Below the pieces are notes generated by a model. It was not told the origin of the DNA. It made no database searches and saw only the letters and a list, made by a program, of their open reading frames with translations. The position numbers and the translations under genes were made by a program. DNA of 63,993 nt, the filler included, from Reticulomyxa filosa (Eukaryota > Protista > Foraminifera): the NCBI GenBank assembly GCA_000512085.1. It is 25 parts of 25 records of this genome, joined end to end, with 100 filler letters (N's around TTAATTAATTAA, not from the genome) between each part and the next. Parts side by side here need not be neighbours in the genome. Positions count along the whole stretch, not along the records: positions 12,950 to 18,573 come from ASPP01005345.1; positions 18,674 to 22,832 come from ASPP01029094.1; positions 22,933 to 24,639 come from ASPP01041129.1; positions 24,740 to 28,663 come from ASPP01003666.1; 21 more parts are not named here. One strand, given 5' to 3'. The first letter of the stretch is position 1. Every line of letters begins with the position of its first letter. This document shows, piece by piece, positions 12,950 to 26,220 of the stretch.

Positions 12950-13769
12950 CGTTTGGCTTGTGCGTGGCCATTCAAGTAAACAAAGAGAGAAATGGTGTGC
13001 AAAACTGAAAATGTCGTCTTTGAAATCTTTTAAACATGCCTGCGGACTCAGGTCCATTGACTCAAATCTCGAGCCTTTTATGTTAAAAAAAAAGCGCATG
13101 CCTTGTTTCATTGGACAAACACAACAAAAGAGAAGGCCCTTTTCAATGACTCGTTTCACTCAACTGATCGCTTTGGTTTGAGCATTTTCCACTGTCACTT
13201 GTCTTGAGATATTTACACTGACTTGGTCTTCGTCTGCGTCCCCCACGCTTGATCGACTCGACGGGCCTTTTTTTTTTTTAAATAAAAAAAAAAAAAAAAA
13301 GGGGCCCATATCTAGGTTTAAAAAAATAAATAAATAAATAACTTTTGACATCGAGGGAAGACATAGGTTTGATAACAATGGGAACTGATCTTCGACCACC
13401 GGCCGTGAGCTGATACAAGTTCACATTCGGGGCTTGTGGCTCATTGTTCACAAGGAGACGGATCTCATCGTTGCTGTGGAAGTTTCGACGCTTTGCTACA
13501 AACTCTATCGCGTCTTTCACTGTTGTCGTTGGCTTTAATGGAATACGATTGTATTGCCTACTGTCAATGTGGATTTGAAGTGACGACGTCGTGTTGATTA
13601 CATAACCTGTGTCGAAATTATCTGTTGTTTGTCCCGATCGTAATGTTTTCAACACTTTGTTGCTTCTCAGAGTCGGAAGTTTGGCGATTTCGTCGATGTC
13701 TATCATTTCTGACGTTGTTGTCCTTGTCACTCCATCACCTTCCATTGATTTCCTTTGTTCTTGTTGCAT
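12950..13769 (-). CDS. Hypothetical protein with a ubiquitin-like (beta-grasp) domain, 3'-partial, spliced
   Basis: LQIHIDSRQYNRIPLKPTTTVKDAIEFVAKRRNF..EIRLLVNNEP..NVNLYQL fits a Ubl/RA pattern. Intron at about 13267-13342. Confidence 0.45.
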
Positions 13770-14267
13770 GTTTTTTGAACGAGTTCTGAGTGATAAAGTA
13801 GGCAGACAATAAGTTTAAAAGCTACTTCATATTATAACTATCCTTCAAAGAGAGGATCTTTTTTTCATGGAGGTCTCTTCGAAAAACCTTGCCAAGTGCT
13901 TTATCAGGAGGTTCCTTTGCTGTCAACAAAGTAATAACTTTTAATGGAGTGTGGCAGTTTGCAAATTCTTTGATAACGTCCTTTATGGCACGGATTGTAA
14001 TAGCTTGCATGAACTAACACTTTTTGATCAGTTCTTTTAAAAAGAAAATGTTTTGACTTATTAAATGTATATCAAGAGAATAAAAATGGCCATATGTACC
14101 AATAACGTAGAGATACCAGCAAAAAGAATACTTTTTCAAGGACAAGAAAGCTGTTACAAACGAGGCATTCTCAGCCTTTTTCCCACAAAATCACAATGAG
14201 TTTTTTGAGACCAGGGTGTTCACAAGGGAGACGAGGGAGGGAACCAAAAAAACATCAAAAGAGAGAC

Positions 14268-15150
14268 ATGGCTGACAAGAAATGCGCAGCAACAAATCTT
14301 TTTCTTTTTTTTTCAGCATGGTCATGTTGTTGCTTGGTGAAGGATTTTGCAAGGTCAGGTGCGTTGTCTTTGTGGGACCCTCTTTTTTTGGCATGCCTTC
14401 TCCCTTCTTTTACGCTTGGACGAACTTTGAGACACAAACAATCAGCAACAAAGAAGAGAGCAAAAAGAACTTTTTCTTCAATAAATTGACCTTTGTAGGA
14501 TATCAAATGCACAACTGCAGCCAGTGTCTCGGACATGGACGTATTTAATGTATGCATCAGCGCTGGGAGTACTGCGATTTAGTGTATTGCATAGGGTTCG
14601 GTTAATTCCTTTGTTACATCGGATAGCTATTGTGTTGTCTGGACAAGTGGGCTTGTCACTGTTGGGGATCCAATACATATTGTTGACCTTTCCACAATCG
14701 TGGATCACTCATCACTTGTTGAAACTGCACCAGAGCACAACGATTAACGTGATTGAAACGTACTTGCTAATTTTGGTGCTATTTTGCTATTGTTTGAATA
14801 TACAACTGGTCGATATTTTAATTCCATTGTGTTTTGGGTTTCTACCGATTTTAATGTGTATTTTTATTTGTGGCAAATGGAATGTGTTTATTTTAGGTGG
14901 CATTGGAATTGCTTTGGTGTTGTCATCTGTCATCATTGTCAGAGATGATCCTGGACGTAGGAACAGATTATGGGGGATCCGCTCCATTCATTGGTTTCAT
15001 TTGTTATTGTCTTTCAGTATCTACTTGCATACCATTACTTTAATGAACCTCTCTTTGGGTGGAGATATTTCGCTCTGGAACTCCTTTTCCAGAAATTTCT
15101 TTGACAAACACAATACAAATTACAACACTAATTCTAACACGAGCTGTTAA
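14268..15150 (+). CDS. Uncharacterised multi-pass membrane protein
   Basis: Main exon 14499-15150 has about 6 hydrophobic segments (ASALGVLRF..., HWFHLLL). The 5' exon and start are uncertain. Confidence 0.5.
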
Positions 15151-15793
15151 TAGTAATAGTTTTGCTTTTCAACATCGCCAATCATATGGCAATAACAGAT
15201 TGTATTTTTTGTTTGTTTCTTTTTTTAATGTAAACCGACTTTGACAAACCCCTTTCCTTTTTTTGTTTGTCCCTTTATTTGTTTTTTTATTTTGTAATTG
15301 CTGCCTTCGGTGTTGTTCTTGTGAAAACTCATAAATATTGACGAATCTTTACAACAGTCTGTTCTAAAGTTCCTTTTTTGATTTTCTTATAGTGACTTAT
15401 CCAAACATAGAGCTTATTCATAGTTAAAAATAGTTGGTAGCACGTCATTCTCAGTTGCATAAAAACGACAAGGTGGTTCCAAAATAAAATATCTAAAAAA
15501 AACAGAACAAATTATAATTTTGCATGATTCGTTGTCAAAGTTTTTTTGTTTGTAATTGCCAGTGAAATTGGTCGAAGCACTTGACAAACTAAAACTTACA
15601 ATCTTAGTTTTGCATTGTATTACTTATCTTTTTTGTGTTTTCTTTCAATTTTTAAAGTACATTGTTGGGACCACATTTCAAACTTTCATCTTCTTGATTA
15701 CAAGAAAAATAAAAACTTGTGGTTGTACCCGTTGCTAGTTTTTTAAGAAAGGGACTAGAGTTTTTGAAGTTCATACATTAATAATTGTAAAAC

Positions 15794-16286
15794 ATGACCT
15801 CGACAACTTTTGAATTTGAAAAAGAACACATGTTGGCGGAACGAAAAGACAAGGCACATCGCATCACTGCAAAATATCCAGACAGGTCACTTTGTCTCAC
15901 ACGTACTCCTTAAGTGCTTTTGTACAATATGGAGTACACAAACAGAATTCCAGTAATTTGTGAAAAAGACCCGAAATCAAAGCTGAATGAAATGGAAAAG
16001 GCAAAAATTTTGGTTCCCAAAGATCTCTCTGTCGCACAATTTATGTCTGTAGTAAGGTATGGGATGTAATATGTGTCTTTTTTATTTGTTTTTTGGTTTT
16101 CTCAAAAAAAATCCCCAAAAAATTTGCAGAAAACGAATCAAATTGAAACCTGAAGAGACAATATTTCTGTTTATTAACAATAAGTTAGTTCATAATGGCG
16201 CTTTGATGGCCGATGTGTACGAGAATAACAAGCGTGAAGATGGATTTTTGTATGTTCGTTATTCATCTGAAAATTATTTTGGCTAA
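15794..16286 (+). CDS. ATG8: Autophagy-related protein 8
   Basis: Exons 15794-15885, 15946-16056, 16130-16286 give [89 protein letters not shown]. Confidence 0.97.
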
Positions 16287-16608
16287 TAAAATGATTGTTA
16301 GAACCACATACATGCAGTGTTTTTTGTCGTGTTTTTTGTTTGTTATTTCTTCGAATTGAATTTGTGACTCCGCGATTTGATTCCAACACTGCCATTGTTT
16401 CAACTTATTTTGCTTTTTTTGTGATTTTTTTAATTTTAGTTGCGGTGCGTCAAAATAATCAATCTTTTTTCCATTCATATGGACTTGAACCTTAAAAAGT
16501 TGTCGAAACTAGGGGCAAAATAATGTAGTTTTTTTAATAAAATGTGTGAGAAATTGTATCATTAATTGTCTATCGCATAGTGTCCTACTTTTGCCTTGAC
16601 CCAAGGAA

Positions 16609-17757
16609 ATGTCCAAAGCATTACCAAGAAGTGAAGAAAACCGCTTTGAAGAAAAAATATGGATACAAAATCGAGTAAAGCTTGTCACACCAGCGAACAA
16701 CACGTTGTTTCTGCTACATGACCTCAAGAAGGAGGTGTTGTACTTGTATAACTTCATCGACGACAAGCAGATCGAGACAGTGGAAGAAGTACAACTCTTG
16801 TGGACAGGAAAGTCATCAAAAACAAGCGAATCCAAAGATGATTCAGAGGAGAAGGCGACAGGAAAACCGCGGGTATTCATTGAGTGGTGTCAGCCAACCA
16901 GCGGCAAGTATCACTACTTTGATATCTTTGCATGCGTTCAGCATGTCCAAAGACCGTATTTGTCTATTAAAGATTTGACCGGAGATTTAAAACCTCACTT
17001 TGACGAATCCGCGTACAAAAATATATTTTGTGTTTGTATACGTTGCAACGATTTTTTTTTAAATAAAAAAGCAAAGTAATGTTTGGTGTGAGATTTGTCC
17101 AGTGCGCTAGATACGATGTTGTCTCCAGATGATACATTAATATTGTCTCCCATTCGCTCAATAGGAATGGAAGGAGAGCATAGTGCAAACAAAAAAGGGC
17201 ATAAGACGAAAGAAAATGAAGACGACAACATCGAAATAGGAAGCAATTCATTTGCAGGGTCTCAATTATTGTATACGAATTTCACGGATATGGGAACGTA
17301 TAACGGCCATAAGCTATATTTAGGTGGGTCGCCGAGCTTGCAATTTGTAAAGACACATGAAATATCATTTCTTTTGAATTGTCGGGTCGATAAAAATCCT
17401 GCAGATATCGTAAAACTCTGTCAAAAAGGAGAGCTATTGTTTGATGTGGCGACGTGGAAATATAGGGCTCATGATAACTACTTCGAAGCTTATCAAAAGA
17501 TCGACGATATCGTTGAACGTATTCATCAAGAGTTAGCTATCGGACATGCCTTTATTCATTGCTTGGCTGGAGCGCATCGGAGTCCGTTTATCACTGGTTG
17601 TTATTTAGCCAAATATGCTGGTATGAAGGATAAGGGATCACATGCCATCTATCGACATATGCAACACTTGAGGGCCATTGTGCAGCCTCTAGGCTATAAT
17701 CACAACATCGATTTATACATTGATTTTCTAAATGGAAAAATACCAAAAAAAATGTAA
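16609..17757 (+). CDS. Dual-specificity protein phosphatase with an N-terminal extension
   Basis: Catalytic HCLAGAHRS (HCxxGxxRS), upstream KLYLGG, downstream GCYLAKY..LRAIVQP. One intron at about 17030-17092 joins ORFs 16609 and 17095. Confidence 0.85.
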
Positions 17758-19616
17758 TACAACAAATTAATTTTCCACATCAAATTTGAATAATTCATTC
17801 CGAGAGTCTTTTGTTCAAATAAATTTTAAATCAATTTTGTCTGGTTATACATTGATTTTACACTATTGCGCTACTCGGCAAATTTAGATCTTATTCCCAC
17901 TCATGTTGTTGATAGTATTCTTTTTTTCAGGTTTTGCATAACATCCAGTAATAACAGAGAACAGTATTTCTTTAAGAACAAATCATTTCAGCTCACAGTT
18001 TGTCTGCTCATCCAATTAGAACATGTCAATTGGAACTTAAGAAAAATGAAATTGTATTGACAAATTCTTGGATTGAGGTTGGAAGAATGGAAAACAATTT
18101 ACAATAATGATGGACTCAACATGATAAACAATTCTGATATTCTATTGAAAAATGTACTAATTTTAGATTATCACTCAATCATTTGTAGATTTATTTGATT
18201 TTGGTTATTAAATTATGAAGACTGAGATTTTATTTGCAAGTTGTATTATTTTTATTGAAGACTGTTGAAGAAAAAGCCCAATTAATCATTGATTAAGGCA
18301 AGTTTGGCCAGGATGCTTCAAAACAGACTTACAAAGTTTAAAGGATAATTTTTTTCGGATTTATTGGAACTTTGAGAAATTTATTGACATTTCATAGTAC
18401 AGTAGTTTGCAAAAAAACAGTATACCAAAAAAAAAGTGAACTTTTTTAGTTTTGAATTGTATATCTTTATTGAAAAGAGCTAAAGTAAAAATAATTTTGT
18501 ATATAGAACAAATCACAGACTATCTTTCTTCTATGTTGTACTATCTTATCTCTTGCATTTATTTGAAAGGTTANNNNNNNNNNNNNNNNNNNNNNNNNNN
18601 NNNNNNNNNNNNNNNNNTTAATTAATTAANNNNNNNNNNNNNNNNNNNNNNNNNNNNNNNNNNNNNNNNNNNNTTTTTTTTTTTTTTGTTTACATAAGAT
18701 CATATAAGAAAGTAAATGTCTTTGTTGTGCTTCTCATTAGTTGTCCACACTCGACAAATATCCCGGTGAAGAAATTACATATGCGCAATTTCGAGAAATC
18801 ATTGAAATACCAGAACCTCTTGATTGGACGATTTTGCTCAACAAATCAGTCATTGAACCCATGGACAAAAATTAAATTGTCTCGCATCTTGCTTTTTTTT
18901 TTGTTTATTTAATTTCTTTTTTTCGGGCGAGGGAACAAAAGTAAAGAGGTGGTAACTGATAGGCGCTTGACCAAAAAATCAATTGCATTTTTTTTTTAAG
19001 GCTTCATACATATGGGATTCAACACTCACAAACAATTTCTATTGACTTCGTTAAAGATTTTTTTTAAAAAATTCATCGACACAATTTTTTGGCAAAAAAA
19101 AAAACAAACAAACTAAAGCTCTTGAACATCCGACTAAAGCAAGTGGCACAATCATGGCATCATACAAATAAAAATCTGGCAATGCTCAAGGCTCCAGAAT
19201 TGTCGACACTTAGATTATATTATGTCCTTCAAAAGGGAAATCACAACAGTTTGAACGTTGATTTTGGTATACGTACAATTAGTTGCATATACACTTTTTT
19301 TTATTGCAACAAAAAAGTAGTGCGAAGCGGCACAATAAATTATTTTTAAGAATTCATTTTTTCGCCAAATTTATCAATGATAAAAAAATTGACAGATTTA
19401 AAAAAAAGTCAGCCTTGAAGGAACTTTGTCTTTTTGGCCTGTTAAAATTTAATATTGCTTTTTAATTATTTCTTGGACAAACAACCATTTCCAAATTATG
19501 GAAGGGGAAGTGCTTCAATTTTATTATTTGGTGTAAATGAACGTTGGAGTGTTATGTGAATATTATTTTAATTGTATTTTAATTAATCACATACACATAT
19601 CTTTTATATTTATTTA

Positions 19617-21260
19617 TTATCCCCACATTTTAATTATTTCGTCAGATGAACATGTCATAATCATATTACCATCGAGTGAAACAGCAACATCAACAATTGT
19701 TACACCATCATCCATTTCTAATATTTGCGTTTTATGTCCTGATTTTATATCGAAATTTCCAATAAAGTTATAATAACTTAACCAAAATAGAAGACTTTGG
19801 CCGTGTGGAAAAAATATCATTTTTTTTCAAACCAAATATGTCTGCTTTTCGAAATAATCTCCCTGGCTCTATATCCCATAATTCTATTGATGAGAATGCA
19901 TGAACTAGAATATATCCACCATCCGGAGAGAATTGTGCACTTATTGAAGATGTAACGTCTGCTATCTCTTTCATTATTTCACCCCTGATTGTATATCCCA
20001 TAACAAGATTGTGTTATCATCAGGTGATGATAGAAACATTTGACCATTAAGTGAAATTTTTACACCATATAATGGCCCCTGAATAATGCAATTTAACCTT
20101 ATTTCCAGAATTTACATCCCACAATTGCATTCCATTTTGTGAACTTGACATGATATATTTACTGTCTGAAGAAAAACTCAAACAACTTATCGTATCTATC
20201 AATTTCGTCAATTCTCGTCCTGATTTTATATCCCATAATTGAATTATTCCATCAATTGAACACAACGCAACAGTATTTCTATCTGGTGAAAAGGGTTACA
20301 ATATTTTCCAAATCGAAATTTGTTTCAAAAGTTTTAATTTTTATTTCTAATGCAATGTCCAATATTTTAACCACTCCATCTTTGGTTAACACAATAGCAT
20401 TGCGATTGTCTGCTGAAAATGCTACCATCCTTACGTTTTTTGAAGTGCATTCGCAATTCTTTAAATAATGTAAAGCCTTTTGCCTATGTTAAGACATGTC
20501 AATGAATATTATCTGAATTTTTTTTTTTTTTTTTTAAATTTTAAAAAAAAAAACACACAAATAAAAATAACTTAACATATTTTGCAATGAGTTTGTTAAA
20601 CTCATGAATCCATTCTCTTTTAATTCTTGCAGACCGAATCCATTTTTCTACTATTAAATTTGCCTCTTGTTCTGTTTTGTTTTCAGTGTTATCGTTCGTT
20701 ATAAAAAAAAAAAAATTTTTGTTTGTTTGTTCAATTCATTACCAAATATAATGTTCGACGCTTGTGGTAAAATCTATTTGTATATTGCTGTCTACCCTCT
20801 TGTCTCCAAAACGAATTTCTATCCTTTCTATACTTGTCATGACGGTAATGTTGGTAATTATTTTTACTTTTATACCTTTTTCCATTTTTGTTATGATTAT
20901 ATTTATTTCGCCCGATTTGTGCTTTGGTATTGATAAACATTTCTACATTTTATCATGTCTTGCCTGATTATACTTATTTATGTTGCAGTTATTGTTTTGA
21001 TCATTTTCTTGTTGCTATGATAATTCGGAATATGTTGATAACGCATCATAAGGCCTTTGATAACAAAATTTATATTCACTTCTTTTAATTTGTCGATTGT
21101 CGTGATTTACATCATAAACATGCTCGCTTTCATTGTCTCTAAAATCAAAACGACGATATGCTGTTCGAGAAACAGTAAAGTATTCATCATATGGATCATA
21201 CTCTCGCTTTCTTCGTCTGTCAGATTTTGAGTCAATGAAATGGCTGCGATTCCTTGTCAT
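19617..21260 (-). pseudogene. WD40-repeat gene, disrupted (pseudogene or multiple assembly errors)
   Basis: WD40 units (IQLWDIKSG, FSSDSKYIMSSS, AQFSPDGGY, CSSDEIIKMW) are split over at least 3 frames. In-frame TAG at 21015 and a frameshift near 20945. Pre-WD40 motif IVEKWIRSARIKREWIHEFNKLI. Confidence 0.7.
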
Positions 21261-21642
21261 TTGTAATGATCAAAGTTTTGGGATTTTAAACTTTTTTTTA
21301 GTATTCTGCCCTTTGTTACTTTTTAAAACAGTGATAATCTTTGTACTTATTTCTTTTTTTTATTGATATCAATATTCTTATACATAAACATAAAATACCT
21401 TGAGTAACATTATCAAACAATAATCTCTTCACGGATACTCATTTTTTTAATGGATGGTAATTTACGATCGTATTATGCAACAAAATTTAAAAAATCAAAA
21501 TTCAAGTTACTGGCTTATCCATTTCAACCATAACAAATTACAGTGATAAACATAGCAAGTTTTGTCTCACTAAGGAATTTTTTAAAAGACTACCTTTTTT
21601 AAGTATAGTTCTCTTTGAAAAATTGACTCCAATATTAATAAC

Positions 21643-22728
21643 ATGGGTAATCAAAACACGAGTCCTTTTAAAAAATTGAAGAAATTGTTAGTTCCACTTG
21701 ATTTATCTCAATGCGTGTTATACAAACACGAACTCCTCATTTGTGGGGGTCACGAACGTAACAATTGTTATTCTTATCATACACATAAAAATGAATATAA
21801 GCTTATCTGTAAGTATCCAAGTAATGTTAAATTACAAGGGCATTGTGTAATAAAACTGAAAGATAACAAGAACGACAAAGATAATAATGAAATCACTTTA
21901 TTGTCATTTGGTGGAAAAGATAAACATACATTGGTGATGAAATACGTAAGTGTTTGGAGTGATGACAATGATATTAGTGAGAAATCAAGCCATGACAATG
22001 AATGGATCCCTTTTAAAGACAATAGAGGTAAACAAATTAACATTGGAAGAGATGGAGATAATTATATTGGAATGCGTGCATTGATTGGCGGAAGCGAAAA
22101 TAATTTGTTATTTATCACTTGTCAACCAAAGGATATTTGTGTATTTGATTTAAATAAATTTCGATTTATTAAACATGAGACTTTACCAACTAAAAACGAT
22201 TGTATTTATTACTCTTGCTTTGTAGCAAAGTCAGAAAATATGACGAAAACAAATAATAATAATAATAATAATAATAAAAAGAGTGAAATGTTGTTGTTTT
22301 ATAAAAAGACAGGACTGCGTATTGAATATGATGAAGATAACAACACTTTTCAATTTCCTGAACTAACTGTTTGTGAAAGTATTGAATCATTCCTTGGATA
22401 TGCATATGTGTATATCAATGATGTCATTTTATTCTTTGGTGGATGGAATGGTAAATTTGGATCAGGTGCAATTGTATCAAGGTCAGTGCATAAGTATTCA
22501 ATTCGAGAAGACAAATGGACGACATTTGAAAACGCTTTACCCAAACCATTGTGTGGGTGCGTTGGGATATTGAATGATGACAATAAGTATGTGCACATCA
22601 TTGGAGGAGACAATCAAAGACTTGTTACCGTGTCAGAACATTTGAAAGCGCAAGTGAGCGAATGGTTGAACGAGGAAAGAAAAGAAGAGAAAAAGGAAGA
22701 AAATGGGAAACAAGATATCCATGTTTGA
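21643..22728 (+). CDS. Kelch-type beta-propeller protein of a lineage-expanded family; possibly N-myristoylated; probably 3'-partial
   Basis: 361-aa ORF with SQCVLYKHELLICGG, LLSFGG, RALIGG, ILFFGGWNG and VHIIGG blades. N-terminus MGNQNTS. Confidence 0.85.
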   Translation: MGNQNTSPFKKLKKLLVPLDLSQCVLYKHELLICGGHERNNCYSYHTHKNEYKLICKYPSNVKLQGHCVIKLKDNKNDKDNNEITLLSFGGKDKHTLVMKYVSVWSDDNDISEKSSHDNEWIPFKDNRGKQINIGRDGDNYIGMRALIGGSENNLLFITCQPKDICVFDLNKFRFIKHETLPTKNDCIYYSCFVAKSENMTKTNNNNNNNNKKSEMLLFYKKTGLRIEYDEDNNTFQFPELTVCESIESFLGYAYVYINDVILFFGGWNGKFGSGAIVSRSVHKYSIREDKWTTFENALPKPLCGCVGILNDDNKYVHIIGGDNQRLVTVSEHLKAQVSEWLNEERKEEKKEENGKQDIHV

Positions 22729-24214
22729 GTGGTCATTATTTTTTTTTTTTTTTTTTTTGTTTGCGCTTAAATATTTAATGACAATTGCAAATGAGAATAC
22801 GCTTTATAAATTTTTTTTTTTTTTAAAAAAAANNNNNNNNNNNNNNNNNNNNNNNNNNNNNNNNNNNNNNNNNNNNTTAATTAATTAANNNNNNNNNNNN
22901 NNNNNNNNNNNNNNNNNNNNNNNNNNNNNNNNTCATTTGTCAACGAAGCCCAAGCTTTACTGTAACAGCTAGAAAAGGAAAAGCTTGGTATTTTTTTTTC
23001 TTTTCTTTTTTCTTCTTCTTCTTCTATTGTTTCTGCTTCAATTAACAACATTAGTCTTACTTTTAAAATAAAAACTTTAGTTGAAGTTCACCTTCAAAAC
23101 TCTGTTCAAGTTCAAAAGTCAATTACCCTAAGTACGTACACAAACAATACAGGATGAATTGATTGTAATTGTGAATTTCAAGATAAAATTTTTTATTACG
23201 CAAGCCTGGTATTAGACTGAAAGAAAAATTGAAAAGGAAGGAGATTTTATTGGTTTTTTTGCTAGCCATTCATTTGCAGCAAGTAGAACTTGATACTTTC
23301 TAGAACAGCTCTATTTTGTTTGTGGGTAATCTCTTTCTTTACATTGAAATGCTTTCTACATACATTTTTTTTTAGCAAAACTCGAAATGTATCCAGTTCT
23401 TTTTCAATGATGTGTTGTATAAAAATTTGTTAGCATATCTGATAAACCTTATTCCATGTTTGTATATTACAGAAATTCACACAATTGTATATGATGTTTA
23501 TCACTTAAACGTGATTTTTTTGCTGTAAAAGGAAAAATAATTTGTAAAAAAAACGTGCCATGTATGTGCTTATTCTTGAACCAAGCATTATTTTTTAACA
23601 AATCTCTTATTTTCATTTGTCAAAGATAAATTATGCAAAATATAAAAATAAATTTATTTTGGAGTATTGGTTTTAAGTATTCTTTTCAAATATTGAAAAA
23701 AAACATAAATATAAATATGTCATCATTAATACACTTATTTTCATATCAATAAAACAAACAAATTAACATGATATGAACAACCAACATTACGTAATAAAAT
23801 GGCTATTCACAATATTCGATTGTTTTTTTGTACTCATTCCAATACAAAATTATTAAATTAACAAAAGTTTCCAAATGTTAAACAAATAACTTTCAAAGAA
23901 TTATCAAACAACTGTTGTCACTTTGTGTACTCTTAAACCAAAGGACTTTATTTATCTTATGAAGATTTCGCGTTCTGAGTCTATTGTTTATACTAAAAAG
24001 AAATTAGGTTTAAATGTTTCATGAAGAAAATCAATTTTCTTCATAGAGGTGCCATTTAGGTATTGCAGTTTTTATTGCAATCTACTGTATTTAAAATAAC
24101 AAATAATATCACAAAATCAGAAATTGCAAAATATAAAAGCAAGAAATGTTTGTCTGGAGTAAAATTGATTTAATGATACTCGAAAAATTATTTAAAAAAT
24201 CATGTTGTTTAATT

Positions 24215-24639
24215 GGATATGTTCCCATAAACTCAAAAACGAATATAAGTTTATCTGTGAATATCCAAGTGATGTTAAATTATGGTGACACTGTGTGGTG
24301 AAGTTGGTAGATAACAACAAACACAGCAATGAAACCATTTTGTTGTCTTTTGGTTGATATCATAAACATACATTGGCGATGAAATATGTAAGTGTTTGGA
24401 GTAATATGTCATTGCTTATTATCCAAAAAAAGTTAGTGTATTTGATTTAAATACATTTCAATTTATTAAGTGTGATGATTTACCAGCTGATAATGATATT
24501 GGTAATATTGCTTTATATTAAATTCAGAAAAAGGACAAGGACAAAAAATAATGAAAACAAATGAAGAAAAAAATAAAAATTATCAAATGCTGTTATTTTA
24601 TAAAAAGACAGGATTATCAATTGAATATGATGAAGATAA
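24215..24639 (+). pseudogene. Kelch-family pseudogene fragment (paralogue of 21643-22728)
   Basis: KNEYKFICEYPSDVKLW*HCVVKLVDNN..ILLSFG*YHKHTLAMKYVSVWS, then an internal deletion and frameshifts, ending QMLLFYKKTGLSIEYDED. Confidence 0.85.
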
Positions 24640-25149
24640 NNNNNNNNNNNNNNNNNNNNNNNNNNNNNNNNNNNNNNNNNNNNTTAATTAATTAANNNNN
24701 NNNNNNNNNNNNNNNNNNNNNNNNNNNNNNNNNNNNNNNTTGTTTCTCTGTAATAACGTCATAACCAAAATCTAAAAAAAATTAGAAGGCCACAGCTGAC
24801 AAAGAGCAATAACACCACACTAGTTTTCATTTTAAAGAGCTTGTTCAACTGTTCATAGATTTAGAGCTCTAAAAACTTTTTCTTAGTCTAGAACTTTTTT
24901 TCCCTCTTTATCGTAAAAAAAAATATTGATAAGTTTTTTTATAAAATATTTTGATAAAAATAAGCTATTTTGATAAAAACAAGTTATTTTGATAAAATAT
25001 AACTACTGAGCTTTAAATTACAAACTTTTTTTTAAATGGATATTGTGCTGTTGGATAGTTGTAAGAACTCTTTTTTTTCTTTTCTTGGCAAAGTTGGAGC
25101 TCTCAGTGCTGGCGTTAGATATATTGATCACGCCTTTCAGTATTTACTC

Positions 25150-26220
25150 CCGAATGGCGCGCATGTCATTCGCTTCAAAGTTGGCTGTTACAATTCTGCA
25201 ATTCAAGCAAGGCCACTTCTCACCAGCCAATCAATATCAAATCAACAATTAATTAACAATTTCACATGTGATCACTCCAACTATCAAACAAAATATCGCG
25301 CCAACTATTACACCAACAATCATACCAACAATTACACCAACAATCACACCAACTCTAATGTCAATTACTATAATACAAATCGTGATCATAAATATGGACT
25401 GTCAAATTTGTGGATACGACAGGACTTGCAAAAGTAATGAGTGGAGCATTGGATATTATGTGGTGCAACTTTCAGTTAATTTGTGAATCTTTTTTTTCAA
25501 TTAAAAAAATAAATAAACAAGAAAAAGATTGATAAATGTATGAAATTTTTTTTAAATTTATATAGACGTATACAAATATAAAATATAAACAGATATTGAC
25601 ATTGCCAAGTGTCCAAGCACAATGTTGTGCACAAACAAAGTCCAAAACGGCGACATAACAGCCAAGACAATGCGCGCACTAGTAGTTGGACCGTTGGTGC
25701 TGTTGGTATTGCGAGTTATGGCTTGGACTGTTTCAATAGCCCTGGCAGCATGTTGGCTTATGACGAGCCAGGTGTGAATGAGATATTATATATCCATGCA
25801 CACTAATGCACCAGGTAATTGTTCGTCCAAGTGGAAGAACTCAAAGTAATTGTTGGAATGGAATAATTGGCTGGCATAAGTATATATACAAACTTTTTTT
25901 TATATGTAAAATTGTACACAAAAACAACGTATAACTTTGGTGATGTATATACACATTATTAAAAAAAAATATAGACAAGGAGCCAAACGATGATCCAGTG
26001 ACAACGAAAGAAAGAGGGGTTGAAGCCAACAATGTCTCCAAAAGGAGTTTAAAAGGTTTGTTCTATCTTTTTTTTTATATATGAAAACATGTCAATGTGT
26101 TGTGTGTTTGTGCACAGGAGTCCCCCGCCAGAAACAGTTAAATGTATACCCAATCCACACAAAACAAAAAATTGGGGTTGAAGGCCGTCCGGTGTGCAAA
26201 ATAAAGAATACTGGTTTGTT
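25150..26220 (+). pseudogene. Degraded gene with PT-type repeats (IAPTITPTIIPTITPTITPT) and a Cys-containing segment
   Basis: 12-bp repeat unit at about 25295-25355 and intron-like AT tracts, but in-frame stops in every frame. Confidence 0.3.
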
